A DNA stretch of 64,000 nt from an uncultured Bacteroidales bacterium. GTDB lineage: Bacteria; Bacteroidota; Bacteroidia; Bacteroidales; CAYVNP01. How positions within the stretch are numbered: position 1 is the first letter of the stretch; each line of letters begins with the position of its first letter. The DNA is taken from contig CAYVNP010000006.1 of assembly GCA_964452905.1 (NCBI GenBank), forward strand, positions 1,004 through 65,003, read 5' to 3'. A model generated the notes under the pieces. The model was not told where the DNA came from. It searched no databases and saw nothing but the letters and a program-made list of their open reading frames with translations. Shown here piece by piece: positions 10,887 to 20,517 of this stretch. The position numbers and the translations under genes are program-made.

Positions 10887-11456
10887 TTAAACTAGACTTA
10901 CTAAACCATTTTTAAGTATATACTTTTCTTTACTTTCAGGACAAATAGCTATATTCTGGTTATCAAAATTCAATCGATGTCCATAACGGCTCATCCATCC
11001 GATCTGACGGGCAGGATTACCCACCACAAGTGCAAAAGGTGGAATGTGCTTGGTTACTACAGCACCTGCACCGATAAAAGCATATTCGCCAATATCATGA
11101 CCACAAACAATTGTTGCATTTGCACCAATTGTAGCGCCTTTTTTTATGATCGTTTTTAAATATTGATCTCTGCGATTTACTCCACTTCGTGGATTTATAA
11201 TATTGGTAAACACCATTGAAGGACCCAAAAATACATCATCTTCACAGATAACTCCGGTATATAATGAAACATTGTTTTGTATCTTAACATTTTTACCTAA
11301 AACCACTTTAGGAGATATCACAACATTTTGACCTATATTGCAATTTTCGCCAATTATACAATCAGGCATAATATGTGAAAAATGCCAAATTTTTACACCT
11401 TTCCCTATTTGACAACCCGCATCAATAAATGCAGTCTCATGAGCAAAATAGTCCAT
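10887..11456 (-). CDS. Hexapeptide-repeat N-acetyltransferase, WbpD-like
   Basis: Left-handed beta-helix hexapeptide periodicity (IGENCNIGQNVVI..., IGANATIVCG...). Its start codon abuts the stop codon of the aminotransferase gene (shared coordinate 11456). Confidence 0.7.
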   Translation of the reverse strand: MDYFAHETAFIDAGCQIGKGVKIWHFSHIMPDCIIGENCNIGQNVVISPKVVLGKNVKIQNNVSLYTGVICEDDVFLGPSMVFTNIINPRSGVNRRDQYLKTIIKKGATIGANATIVCGHDIGEYAFIGAGAVVTKHIPPFALVVGNPARQIGWMSRYGHRLNFDNQNIAICPESKEKYILKNGLVSLV

Positions 11457-12589
11457 TAATGTGAATTTATATAGTTCAATAAATGCGAAGTAATATCATT
11501 GAGCTGTTCTTCATCCAATTCAGTATGCATTGGCAATGAAATTACAGATTTACATAATTGTTCAGTGATTGGCAAGTCACCTTCTTTATATCCTAAATAT
11601 TGATAGGCTTTCTGCAGATGGAGAGGTACCGGGTAATAAATCATTACAGGAACGTCTTTTGTTTTCATGTATTCCTGAAGATCAAACTGATTTATATTTT
11701 TAAGTTTTAATGTATATTGATGAAAAACATGTGAAGACTTTTTATCTCTGGCAGGTATCAGTATCCGTGAATGATTTCCCAATTTTGAATCATAATACAA
11801 TGCAGCATGATTACGTGAAGATATGTAAGTATCTAAATAATTTAATTTCACATTTAATATAGCTGCCTGAATACTATCAAGACGAGAGTTCACACCAATA
11901 GTTTCATGATAATACCTGACTTTCATTCCATGATTAACTATCATTTTAATTTGTTCTGCTAATAAATCATTGTTTGTAAGTAAAGCACCACCATCACCAT
12001 AACAACCGAGGTTTTTAGAAGGGAAAAAAGACAGACATCCGATATCACCGATTGTACCAGCTTTTAATTTATGACCATCATTAAATGTATAATCAGCACC
12101 TATTGCCTGACACGTATCTTCAATGATAAATAATTTATTTTTTATAGCAATCTCCCTTATTTCTTGCATCGACGCACATTGACCAAATAAATGTACCGGC
12201 ACAATAGCTTTTGTTTTGGGTGTTATCTTCTTTTCAATCTCTTGCGGGTCAATATTGAACGTATCCGGGTCTACATCAACAAAAATTGGTTTCAATCCAA
12301 GTAAGGAAATTACTTCTACTGTGGCAATAAACGTGAAAGATGTTGTGATCACTTCATCTCCCGGTTTAAGATCCAATGCCATCATGGCAATTTGTAAAGC
12401 ATCAGTTCCATTGGCACAACCTATAACATGCTTTACATTTAAATATTTTTTTAAATTGGACTGAAAACTCTCCACTTGTGGTCCATTGATAAATGAACAA
12501 TTATCAATCACATCTTGAATGGACTTATCAATTTCCATTTTGATTTGCAAATATTGTTTTTGCAAATCAACCATTTGAATTTTTCTCAT
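11456..12589 (-). CDS. DegT/DnrJ/EryC1-family aminotransferase, WbpE-like
   Basis: FINGPQVESF, the CANGTDAL motif, and the PLP-lysine region SFFPSKNLG. Confidence 0.8.
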   Translation of the reverse strand: MRKIQMVDLQKQYLQIKMEIDKSIQDVIDNCSFINGPQVESFQSNLKKYLNVKHVIGCANGTDALQIAMMALDLKPGDEVITTSFTFIATVEVISLLGLKPIFVDVDPDTFNIDPQEIEKKITPKTKAIVPVHLFGQCASMQEIREIAIKNKLFIIEDTCQAIGADYTFNDGHKLKAGTIGDIGCLSFFPSKNLGCYGDGGALLTNNDLLAEQIKMIVNHGMKVRYYHETIGVNSRLDSIQAAILNVKLNYLDTYISSRNHAALYYDSKLGNHSRILIPARDKKSSHVFHQYTLKLKNINQFDLQEYMKTKDVPVMIYYPVPLHLQKAYQYLGYKEGDLPITEQLCKSVISLPMHTELDEEQLNDITSHLLNYINSH

Positions 12590-12760
12590 GAATAAAAAAG
12601 AATAATCTATTAAAAATATCGCAAATATAATATTTAGTTATTGATTTCTAAAATATTTATTTTTTCTTCAAATAAAATATAACATTCAGATTATTTTTCA
12701 GTATATTTGTTTATAAATAAGATGTGGAAATATTAATTACATTTTAAACTATATTAAAAT

Positions 12761-13642
12761 ATGACTATTTTGAACGCAAATATCTCAATCAATTGGTTTA
12801 ATAAAAAAATTTTTAAACTTTATTTGAATTCAACAGTTATATTAATTGTTGCTTTTTTGTCAATCTTTCTGCCCTATCAGATTTTAACCATGATTACTGC
12901 TTCATGGATATTTGATGTTCCTACCAGTATTCATCATTTGAAAATTATTTTCCTGATACCTGATAATTCACGTTTATGGACATATTTCTCTGTTTGTTTC
13001 ATTTACGCTGCGGGTCCTATATATTGTTTAGTATGTGCAATTTATTTATTACGATATTTAATAAAAAATAAATTTAAAGAAAAAAACGCAAAAAAAACAT
13101 ATTATCTCTGGTGTTATATTATTGCCGTTAATCTCTTTTTTGGTGGACTTTTTGCCGGCACACCCATTATGAAAGGATTTGGGTATGTGCCTTGGTGGGC
13201 ATTATTACCAGGCGGATTACGAAATCTTATTACTATTATTTCAGCAATTTGTCTTATTGCAAATGGAATTTTTCTAAATTCTATTTTTTCAGCATTTGCT
13301 TATAACTATCGGGTATTAATGGATAAATATTCTCAAATACTTTTTAAAACTGTATTCGTTCTTTTACCTGTTCTTACTTTTAATTTAATCTTATTAATCA
13401 CCGGGTTACCTGATAATACGCTTTATGAAAGACTACTTCTTGTAACCATATTTTTTCAAATTATTCCAATATTACCATTCAGTCTACAAACCATTCAACC
13501 TAAAGAGCAAAATGAACTCTTCGATAAAATTTCAATTAAATATATTAAATATATGTTTATATTAATTGCTTTAGTGTCAATATTTTTTATTATAAAATAC
13601 TTTCTTCTTTGGCATTACTTTAAACTTTGGCTCAATTTATAA
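12761..13642 (+). CDS. Polytopic membrane protein, function unknown
   Basis: 293 aa, multiple hydrophobic helices, no motif recognised. A TATATTTG box lies at 12702-12709. Confidence 0.5.
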   Translation: MTILNANISINWFNKKIFKLYLNSTVILIVAFLSIFLPYQILTMITASWIFDVPTSIHHLKIIFLIPDNSRLWTYFSVCFIYAAGPIYCLVCAIYLLRYLIKNKFKEKNAKKTYYLWCYIIAVNLFFGGLFAGTPIMKGFGYVPWWALLPGGLRNLITIISAICLIANGIFLNSIFSAFAYNYRVLMDKYSQILFKTVFVLLPVLTFNLILLITGLPDNTLYERLLLVTIFFQIIPILPFSLQTIQPKEQNELFDKISIKYIKYMFILIALVSIFFIIKYFLLWHYFKLWLNL

Positions 13643-13740
13643 ACCCTATTTATTTTACCATAAAATACCTGCCAACCTCTAACTATCAGTATATTTAAAA
13701 TAATACTAATATTGACAGCAATATTGCCTGTACGAAATAA

Positions 13741-13775
13741 AAAATCCTCTGAATTGATTGAAAACAGAGGATTTT
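13741..13775. terminator. Bidirectional rho-independent terminator hairpin
   Basis: AAAATCCTCTG-(13 nt)-CAGAGGATTTT, an 11-bp stem with A/T runs on both sides. It lies downstream of both the + strand membrane protein gene and the - strand tRNA. Confidence 0.6.
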
Positions 13776-13788
13776 AACATTTTCTATG

Positions 13789-13859
13789 TTGACCTACCAG
13801 GATTCGAACCTGGAAACTCAGCTCCAAAAGCTGATGTGTTACCATTACACCATAGGTCA
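13789..13859 (-). tRNA. tRNA-Gln (anticodon UUG)
   Basis: A 71-nt cloverleaf folded by hand: acceptor TGACCTA/TAGGTCA, D stem GTGT/ACAC, anticodon stem TCAGC/GCTGA with loop TTTTGGA (anticodon TTG), T arm CCAGG-TTCGAAT-CCTGG. CCA is not encoded. Confidence 0.9.
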
Positions 13860-13930
13860 AGAACTTTTATTTATTCTAATTTTTTTGCAAAAATAGAAAA
13901 TAATTGATAATAGTAAAATATTATTCGTAA

Positions 13931-14539
13931 TTATTTCAGGCAATCGCACGGTGAAGGAAATTCTATCTTTGTATCAGGAAGTAAATTACGTATCTTATTC
14001 ATTATATCCTTGTCTTTGATAAGTGTCATGCTTAAATTCAATCGTTTGATCTTATCCTTCAGTTTAGCAATGTTATCAGGCAGGTTGGTTAATGGATTAT
14101 CCCATACTACCAGTTGTTCAAGATTTTTCAGATTACCAATTTCTTCAGGTATTTCAAGTATCTCATTCCTGCTAAATTTCAATGTCTTCAGATTTTTCAA
14201 TTGTGTGATCACTTTGGGAAAATAAACGAATTTATTTCCTGAAATATCCAGCTCCTCCAGCTGATCCAATTGCGCCAGTTCATCAGGCAATGAATAAATC
14301 TTATTGACACTTAAAATTAACACCCTGAGATTTTTCAACTTTAAAATTTCTTTTGGAAACTGTTTTAAATGTTTACGTTTTAATTTAAGAATATAAACGG
14401 AGTCAGGCATTTTCATTGCATCTTTCAACGAAGTATATTCAACCTGATCAGGTAAATCGTATTGACTGTATTTTTGAGAAAAAACAGCCGAAGAAGTAAA
14501 AACAAATATAAGTATTACTATGAAAATCCAATTTTTCAT
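13931..14539 (-). CDS. Small exported leucine-rich-repeat protein
   Basis: Signal peptide (MKNWIFIVILIFVFTSSAVFS), then about five 23-aa LRRs (LKNLxxLxLSxNxIxxLPxEIxx). Confidence 0.8.
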   Translation of the reverse strand: MKNWIFIVILIFVFTSSAVFSQKYSQYDLPDQVEYTSLKDAMKMPDSVYILKLKRKHLKQFPKEILKLKNLRVLILSVNKIYSLPDELAQLDQLEELDISGNKFVYFPKVITQLKNLKTLKFSRNEILEIPEEIGNLKNLEQLVVWDNPLTNLPDNIAKLKDKIKRLNLSMTLIKDKDIMNKIRNLLPDTKIEFPSPCDCLK

Positions 14540-14662
14540 TTAATAAATCTGTATTAATAAAAGAGTTTGCAAAATTAATATTTAAGTTATGATTAATGAA
14601 GGAATAACAATAAATAATTCATTCATACAGAAAGATGCATATTTCAATTAAAAAATAAATAA

Positions 14663-14670
14663 TACTTTTG
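14663..14670 (+). promoter_or_regulatory. Candidate -7 box (TACTTTTG) for the MFS transporter gene
   Basis: TAnnTTTG match 17 nt upstream of the ATG at 14687. Confidence 0.4.
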
Positions 14671-14686
14671 CATCTGAATTTTCAAC

Positions 14687-15964
14687 ATGAGTCTTTTCGG
14701 AATATTTAATACAACAAAAACACAGACAGCTTTCAATGTCCTTCGCATCAAGGATTTCCAGTTCTATGTCTATGCCCGTTTTTTTGTCACCATAGGCATC
14801 ATGATGCAGTCGGTCATTGTCGGATGGCAGGTCTATGAAATCACCAAAGACGCACTGGCGCTGGGGTTGATTGGTCTTGCCGAAGTTATTTCATTTCTTT
14901 CCATTGCTTTGTTCGGGGGGCATATTGCGGACATTTACGACAGGAAAAAATTAATTGTCATTTCCGTATTCATGTATTTTATCTGTTGTCTGATCTTACT
15001 GTCATTAAGTTCAAATATGTCGCATTTGCTCATTATTTATAAGGCATTGCCAATATACACTGTTATATTCCTGACCGGCATAGCGCGTGGGTTTCTGGCT
15101 CCGGCTCAAATGGCATTCATGTCACAGATCGTTCCTAAAGAACAATATACGTATTCGAGCACATGGAACAGTGTGGCATGGCATGTTGCTTCAGTGACCG
15201 GTCCTGCTATCGGCGGTTTGGTTTACGGTTTCTGGGGTGTTGAAGTAGCGTATGTAACCGTTTCAATCTTTATTTTTATCGGCTTACTCTTTTATTTGAT
15301 GATAAAAAAGAAACCAATGCCTGAACGCATTCCGAGTGAATCATTGTTTCATAGTCTTGCTGAAGGGATCCGGTTTGTGTTCAGCAATCAGGTCATTGTC
15401 GGCGCGATGACGTTAGATATGTTTGCAGTCCTGTTTGGCGGCGCTGTTGCCCTGCTTCCAATATTTGCTCATGATATTCTGAAAGTAGGTCCTGAAGGAC
15501 TGGGTTATCTGCGTGCTGCTCCTGCCATAGGTTCTGTGGCGATGTCGTTATTTTTATCCTATTATCCTCCGTTACGAAATTCAGGAAAAAAATTCCTGAT
15601 CTGTATGGCCGGTTTTGGTTTGTGTATGATTGCTTTTGCTTTATCCTCCAATTTCTATTTGTCTTTGTTCATACTCATATTAAGCGGAGGGTTTGACAAT
15701 ATGAGTGTGATTGTACGCACAACGATCATACAGATTTACACACCCGATCAGATGCGTGGCAGAGTTGCATCAGTCAATAGTATATTCATCAGTTCATCCA
15801 ATGAGTTAGGCGCTTTTGAGTCAGGTTTAGCTGCCAAGGTAATGCGATTGATTCCATCCGTTATTTTTGGTGGAACCATGACATTGCTGGTAGTGGCAGT
15901 TACATCACGATTTGCTCCATTGCTACGCAAGCTGCATTTGTCAGATAAAATGAATGAAACATAA
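14687..15964 (+). CDS. MFS transporter
   Basis: 425 aa, about 12 TM, GGHIADIYDRKK loop 2-3 motif typical of the MFS. Confidence 0.8.
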   Translation: MSLFGIFNTTKTQTAFNVLRIKDFQFYVYARFFVTIGIMMQSVIVGWQVYEITKDALALGLIGLAEVISFLSIALFGGHIADIYDRKKLIVISVFMYFICCLILLSLSSNMSHLLIIYKALPIYTVIFLTGIARGFLAPAQMAFMSQIVPKEQYTYSSTWNSVAWHVASVTGPAIGGLVYGFWGVEVAYVTVSIFIFIGLLFYLMIKKKPMPERIPSESLFHSLAEGIRFVFSNQVIVGAMTLDMFAVLFGGAVALLPIFAHDILKVGPEGLGYLRAAPAIGSVAMSLFLSYYPPLRNSGKKFLICMAGFGLCMIAFALSSNFYLSLFILILSGGFDNMSVIVRTTIIQIYTPDQMRGRVASVNSIFISSSNELGAFESGLAAKVMRLIPSVIFGGTMTLLVVAVTSRFAPLLRKLHLSDKMNET

Positions 15965-15979
15965 AATATATAAATTAGC

Positions 15980-16876
15980 ATGTGGAGTTTATTAGCCATT
16001 GTTAGCGCACTACTGCTGGGGTTTTATGATCTTCTGAAAAAAAAATCGCTGAAAGAAAATGCCGTCATTCCTGTATTATTTTTTTCTACTTTAAGTGGAG
16101 CTGTACTTTTCGCTTTACTTCTGGCATTCTCACGCATTGTAGGCGCTGAACATACAGGGATTTTTTACATTCCGTCAGCCCCGTTGAAAACACATGCATA
16201 CTTTTTAATCAAATCAGTGATTGTGGGCAGTTCGTGGATACTTGCCTATTTTGCTTTTAAACATTTACCTATAACAATTGCCAGCCCGATAAGAGCTTCA
16301 GCACCCGTGTGGACACTGGCAGGAGCATTTATTATTTTTCACGAACAACTGCAACTATTACAATGGTTAGGTGTTTTAATCACGATGATCTGTTATTATC
16401 TGCTTTCCTTTGAAGGCAAGAAAGAAGGTGTACATTTCCGCAATAATCGCTGGGTATTTTTCATGGCTGCCTCCACAATACTGGGTTCAATCAGCAGTTT
16501 GTATGACAAATTTCTTATTCAGCATTTTAACCGGATGGCTGTACAGGCGTATTCCACCATTTATATTGCAGCTATTTTTCTTCCAATAACTTTGTTTTTA
16601 TGGTATCCGCACAGGATGAAATCTACTCCTTTCACATGGAGAATCACTATTCCGCTGATCGGCATTTGTCTTGCTTTTGCTGATTTTGCTTACTTCTACG
16701 CTATTTCTATTCCCGGTTCGCTGATATCTGTTATTTCCATTCTTCGCAGAGGAAGCGTTATTGTGGCGTTTATGTGGGGATATTTCATTTACAAAGAAAA
16801 AAACTTTAAACGCAAAGCAATTATTCTCTCCGGTATTCTTGTCGGTCTGATGCTGATCATTCTTGGGAGTCATTAA
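15980..16876 (+). CDS. EamA/DMT-family transporter
   Basis: 298 aa, about 10 TM, two-fold internal repeat architecture typical of DMT permeases. Confidence 0.75.
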   Translation: MWSLLAIVSALLLGFYDLLKKKSLKENAVIPVLFFSTLSGAVLFALLLAFSRIVGAEHTGIFYIPSAPLKTHAYFLIKSVIVGSSWILAYFAFKHLPITIASPIRASAPVWTLAGAFIIFHEQLQLLQWLGVLITMICYYLLSFEGKKEGVHFRNNRWVFFMAASTILGSISSLYDKFLIQHFNRMAVQAYSTIYIAAIFLPITLFLWYPHRMKSTPFTWRITIPLIGICLAFADFAYFYAISIPGSLISVISILRRGSVIVAFMWGYFIYKEKNFKRKAIILSGILVGLMLIILGSH

Positions 16877-16878
16877 CA

Positions 16879-17589
16879 CTATAGAAAAAATATACTGCCT
16901 TTATCTATCAATGGTCCATCATAAAGTTCAATTATATTAAAATTTATTTTGGATAAACATAATTTTAATTTGTCTCCTTCTGCATAATATTTTAAACTGC
17001 CAATCACAAACAGATTATTATCATAAACACCGCAACAACCGCCCAAAAATCCATGCTTCTGCCCTGACAAGATGATTGTTTGAGGATCAAAATAGTCAAC
17101 ATTCATTTTATTTTTTTTCAATGCGGAAAAAATTCCTTTGTCCGAAGTAATAAAACTTTTTTCATTCAATGACAAAAGATTGCATCGACAATAACCTTGA
17201 TTGACATGTATGATTTTTTTTGTTTTAGATATATCTAAAATCATAGAATCTGTTATGTCCGAATGGTGGATCAAATAATTACTGGTTATAACTGCATTAT
17301 AAGTAGCAGTAAAAGGATATTCATGCCCGACAGGACGATCACCAAGTATAAATGGAATTTTATTTATTCTGAAAAGATCAAAATATTCTTCAGGAAGATT
17401 AGGCGCCACAACCAACATATCATTTATCTGACACATAAAAATATCGGGGTGGCAGGAAACGGAAGGATAGGTTATACCGCTTGTTTTGAATATAATTAAA
17501 TGTCCATATCGTGAAAGTTTTATTTTTACTTCATCAGGTATTTCGGCACTTGCAATTATATACTTTTTTTTATCATTCATTATTTCCAC
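16879..17589 (-). CDS. Conserved hypothetical protein (HPD and GGCCG motifs), function unknown
   Basis: 236 aa. Overlaps the upstream radical SAM gene by 10 nt, suggesting translational coupling. No confident family call. Confidence 0.5.
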   Translation of the reverse strand: MEIMNDKKKYIIASAEIPDEVKIKLSRYGHLIIFKTSGITYPSVSCHPDIFMCQINDMLVVAPNLPEEYFDLFRINKIPFILGDRPVGHEYPFTATYNAVITSNYLIHHSDITDSMILDISKTKKIIHVNQGYCRCNLLSLNEKSFITSDKGIFSALKKNKMNVDYFDPQTIILSGQKHGFLGGCCGVYDNNLFVIGSLKYYAEGDKLKLCLSKINFNIIELYDGPLIDKGSIFFL

Positions 17590-18584
17590 ACCGTATAATA
17601 GTTTCTGTCATTTAATTGTTCATCCATTTTAAACGTAACAGATTTACATTTTGTCATCAGTAGTTTTTTATTCGAAGCGTGATATCCGACCGAATAATTA
17701 TATTCCTTTGATGGAACAAAAACAGTCAGCTGTTTATTTACATCACTTTCAATCTTTTCGAATAAATCATTCCAAATCGCAGTCATTACAAGCTCTCTGA
17801 TCGAAACATGAAAAGGTCCTGCTATCAATGATGCACCATTGACCAATTCTTCCGAAGGATGCAAACCTAAACGCAAAATATTTATTCCTGCTTTTTCAAA
17901 AATAAGATAAAGTTGTTTGCACCAGTCTACTGCAGTTTCTAATGGCAATGGAGTATATTTCTTTTGATTGTATAAATCTTCAAGTTCAGTTTCTTTAATG
18001 ACCAACGTTGGATAGATCCGCACATCATCCACACCCAAAGAAATAAATTGTTTTGCAGTATCTATTGATCTATTTAATGTATCCCCCGGTAAACCGATCA
18101 TCATTTGTAAACCGAGCCGGAATCCTTTATTTTTTATCAATGCTGATGTACGAATAACATCTTCTGCCGTATACCCTCTCTGAACATTCATCAATACTTC
18201 ATCATCCAAAGACTGTACACCAAGTTCAATCGTTTCAACACAATATTTTTTAAGTAATGATAAAATAGCTTCATTAATATAATCAGGTCGTGTAGACAAT
18301 CGGATCGATTGAACCTGCCCATTTTGAATATACGGTTGGACCTGCTTTAAAAAATTTTCCTGCATTTCCAAAGGCAGTCCCGTAAAATTGCCGCCAAAAA
18401 ACGCTACTTCAATGATTGCATTTTCTTTGGGCAGCGTTACTAAATGCGAATCAATGATTTGACAAACATCATCAACTAATGGAATAGAATGTTTTCCGGA
18501 AATTTTTTGCTGATCACAATAAATACATTGAAACGGACAGGCAAGTTGAGGAATAAAAACAGGTATATTAAAGTGTTTATACAT
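17580..18584 (-). CDS. Radical SAM protein, Elp3-N-terminal-like (COG1243-type)
   Basis: FIPQLACPFQCIYCDQQKISG contains the CxxxCxxC cluster motif at the N-terminus. 334 aa, no acetyltransferase domain. Confidence 0.8.
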   Translation of the reverse strand: MYKHFNIPVFIPQLACPFQCIYCDQQKISGKHSIPLVDDVCQIIDSHLVTLPKENAIIEVAFFGGNFTGLPLEMQENFLKQVQPYIQNGQVQSIRLSTRPDYINEAILSLLKKYCVETIELGVQSLDDEVLMNVQRGYTAEDVIRTSALIKNKGFRLGLQMMIGLPGDTLNRSIDTAKQFISLGVDDVRIYPTLVIKETELEDLYNQKKYTPLPLETAVDWCKQLYLIFEKAGINILRLGLHPSEELVNGASLIAGPFHVSIRELVMTAIWNDLFEKIESDVNKQLTVFVPSKEYNYSVGYHASNKKLLMTKCKSVTFKMDEQLNDRNYYTVWK

Positions 18585-18593
18585 TCCTTAAAA

Positions 18594-20399
18594 TTACATT
18601 CTTTCCGGTACATCAATACCGAGAAGTTTCATGGATTGCTTAATGATCCGTCCGGTAAATGCAGACATTTCCAAACGAAATGCAATCAGTTCTTTGTTCT
18701 CTTCTTTTAACATGGGTATATCCTGATAAAACTGATTGTATTCTTTCGCCAGATCATAAACATAATTTGCAATCAATGCAGGACTTAATCTGTCTGCTGC
18801 TTCAGCAATTACCTGCATAAAATCTGCAATTAATTTTAAAATATTTCTTTCCTTCGGATGAATTGAAATCTTTTCCGTAAACACTAATTCTTCCTGTTTG
18901 AATTTTTCATTTGCTTTTCTTAAAACAGATTGTATCCGTGCATGTGTGTATTGAATAAAAGGACCTGTATTGCCATTAAAATCGATGGACTCAGTTGGAT
19001 TGAACAACATCGTTTTTTTAGGATCCACTTTTAAAATAAAATATTTCAAAGCGCCGAGTGCAAGCATATTGTATAATTTCTGAGCTTCTGCGTCCGACAG
19101 ATCATTTGCTTTACCCAGTTCTGTTGACATTTTTTTTGCGGTAGCGATCATCTCTTCTATCAGTTCATCCGCATCCACCACAGTACCTTCGCGAGATTTC
19201 ATTTTCCCTTCAGGCAACTCGATCATACCGTACGAAAAATGAAAAATATCATCAGCCCAATCATATTTAAGTTTTTTCAATATTAATTTCAGAACATCAA
19301 AATGATAATTCTGTTCATTCCCCACCACATAGATCATTTGGGCGGGTTGGTATTCATCATAACGTTGACGGGCTGTTCCGAGGTCCTGTGTCATGTAAAC
19401 CGATGTGCCATCCGAACGGAGTAATAATTTTTCATCCAGACCTTCAGCACGAAGATCAGCCCATACAGAGCCATCCGGTCGTTTTACCAATGTGCCTGAT
19501 TGTAATCCGTCATCCACAATGGATTTACCTAATAAATAGGTTTGGGATTCATAATAAAATTTATCAAAGCTAACACCAAGATGACGATATGTTTCATCAA
19601 AACCCTTGTAAACCCAAGCATTCATCATCTTCCAAAGTTCAACCACTTCAAGGTCATGCGCTTCCCATTTTTTCAGCATCTCCTGCGCTTCAATGATCAA
19701 AGGGGCTGTACGCTTGGCTTCCTCTTCATTAATGCCTTTGCTTTTTAATTCATCAATTTCCTTTTTATAGTGTTTATCGAACAACACATAATACTTTCCA
19801 ACCAGGTGATCGCCTTTCAATCCGGATGTTTCCGGCGTTTCGCCTTGTCCCCATTTTTTCCAGGCGAGCATGGATTTACAAATATGTATCCCCCGATCAT
19901 TGACCAGATTGACTTTCACAACATTTTTCCCATTCGTCTTTAAAATCTCAGCTAAAGAAAAACCAAGCAAATTATTTCGTACATGTCCCAGATGTAAGGG
20001 CTTATTCGTATTCGGCGATGAATATTCAATCACATACGGTTTCGTTTTTTGTGATGAAAATATAGTAGAATGAGTTTGGTCTTTATTTTCAATAAAATAC
20101 GTTAGCCAGTAGGAATCATCAATAACAAAATTTAAAAATCCTTTTACAACATTAAATGATTTTAGATATGAAAAATTTGATTGAACATGTTCACCAATAA
20201 GTTGAGCCGTCTGTTCAGGTGATTTCTTGAATTTAGAGACAAACGGAAAAACATTGATGGTATAATCTCCTTCAAATTCTTTTCTGGTCTTCTGTAATAA
20301 TAAAAGCGGATCATTCTGTAAAATACTGAATCCTTCGCTGTTCAAGGTATTGATAGCATCACAAACTATTCGCTTAAGTTCTTCATTTAAATTTACCAT
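18594..20399 (-). CDS. argS: Arginyl-tRNA synthetase
   Basis: HLGHVRNN (HIGH-type) and MKSREG (KMSKS-type) motifs. I place the start at the ATG at 20397-20399; the track start at 20420 is a TTG. Confidence 0.93.
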   Translation of the reverse strand: MVNLNEELKRIVCDAINTLNSEGFSILQNDPLLLLQKTRKEFEGDYTINVFPFVSKFKKSPEQTAQLIGEHVQSNFSYLKSFNVVKGFLNFVIDDSYWLTYFIENKDQTHSTIFSSQKTKPYVIEYSSPNTNKPLHLGHVRNNLLGFSLAEILKTNGKNVVKVNLVNDRGIHICKSMLAWKKWGQGETPETSGLKGDHLVGKYYVLFDKHYKKEIDELKSKGINEEEAKRTAPLIIEAQEMLKKWEAHDLEVVELWKMMNAWVYKGFDETYRHLGVSFDKFYYESQTYLLGKSIVDDGLQSGTLVKRPDGSVWADLRAEGLDEKLLLRSDGTSVYMTQDLGTARQRYDEYQPAQMIYVVGNEQNYHFDVLKLILKKLKYDWADDIFHFSYGMIELPEGKMKSREGTVVDADELIEEMIATAKKMSTELGKANDLSDAEAQKLYNMLALGALKYFILKVDPKKTMLFNPTESIDFNGNTGPFIQYTHARIQSVLRKANEKFKQEELVFTEKISIHPKERNILKLIADFMQVIAEAADRLSPALIANYVYDLAKEYNQFYQDIPMLKEENKELIAFRLEMSAFTGRIIKQSMKLLGIDVPERM

Positions 20400-20431
20400 A
20401 TTCTCTAATCTAAACACCAATTAATTTTAAG

Positions 20432-20439
20432 CAAAAGTA
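20432..20439 (-). promoter_or_regulatory. Candidate -7 box (TACTTTTG) for argS
   Basis: The reverse complement of caaaagta is TACTTTTG, about 33 nt upstream of the argS ATG. Confidence 0.4.
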
Positions 20440-20517
20440 TTAATAATTCAGAATTTTTAATAATAATAAAGCAATAACAAATTGTTAATTCATTTTGAAT
20501 CAAAATTCAATCAAAAA

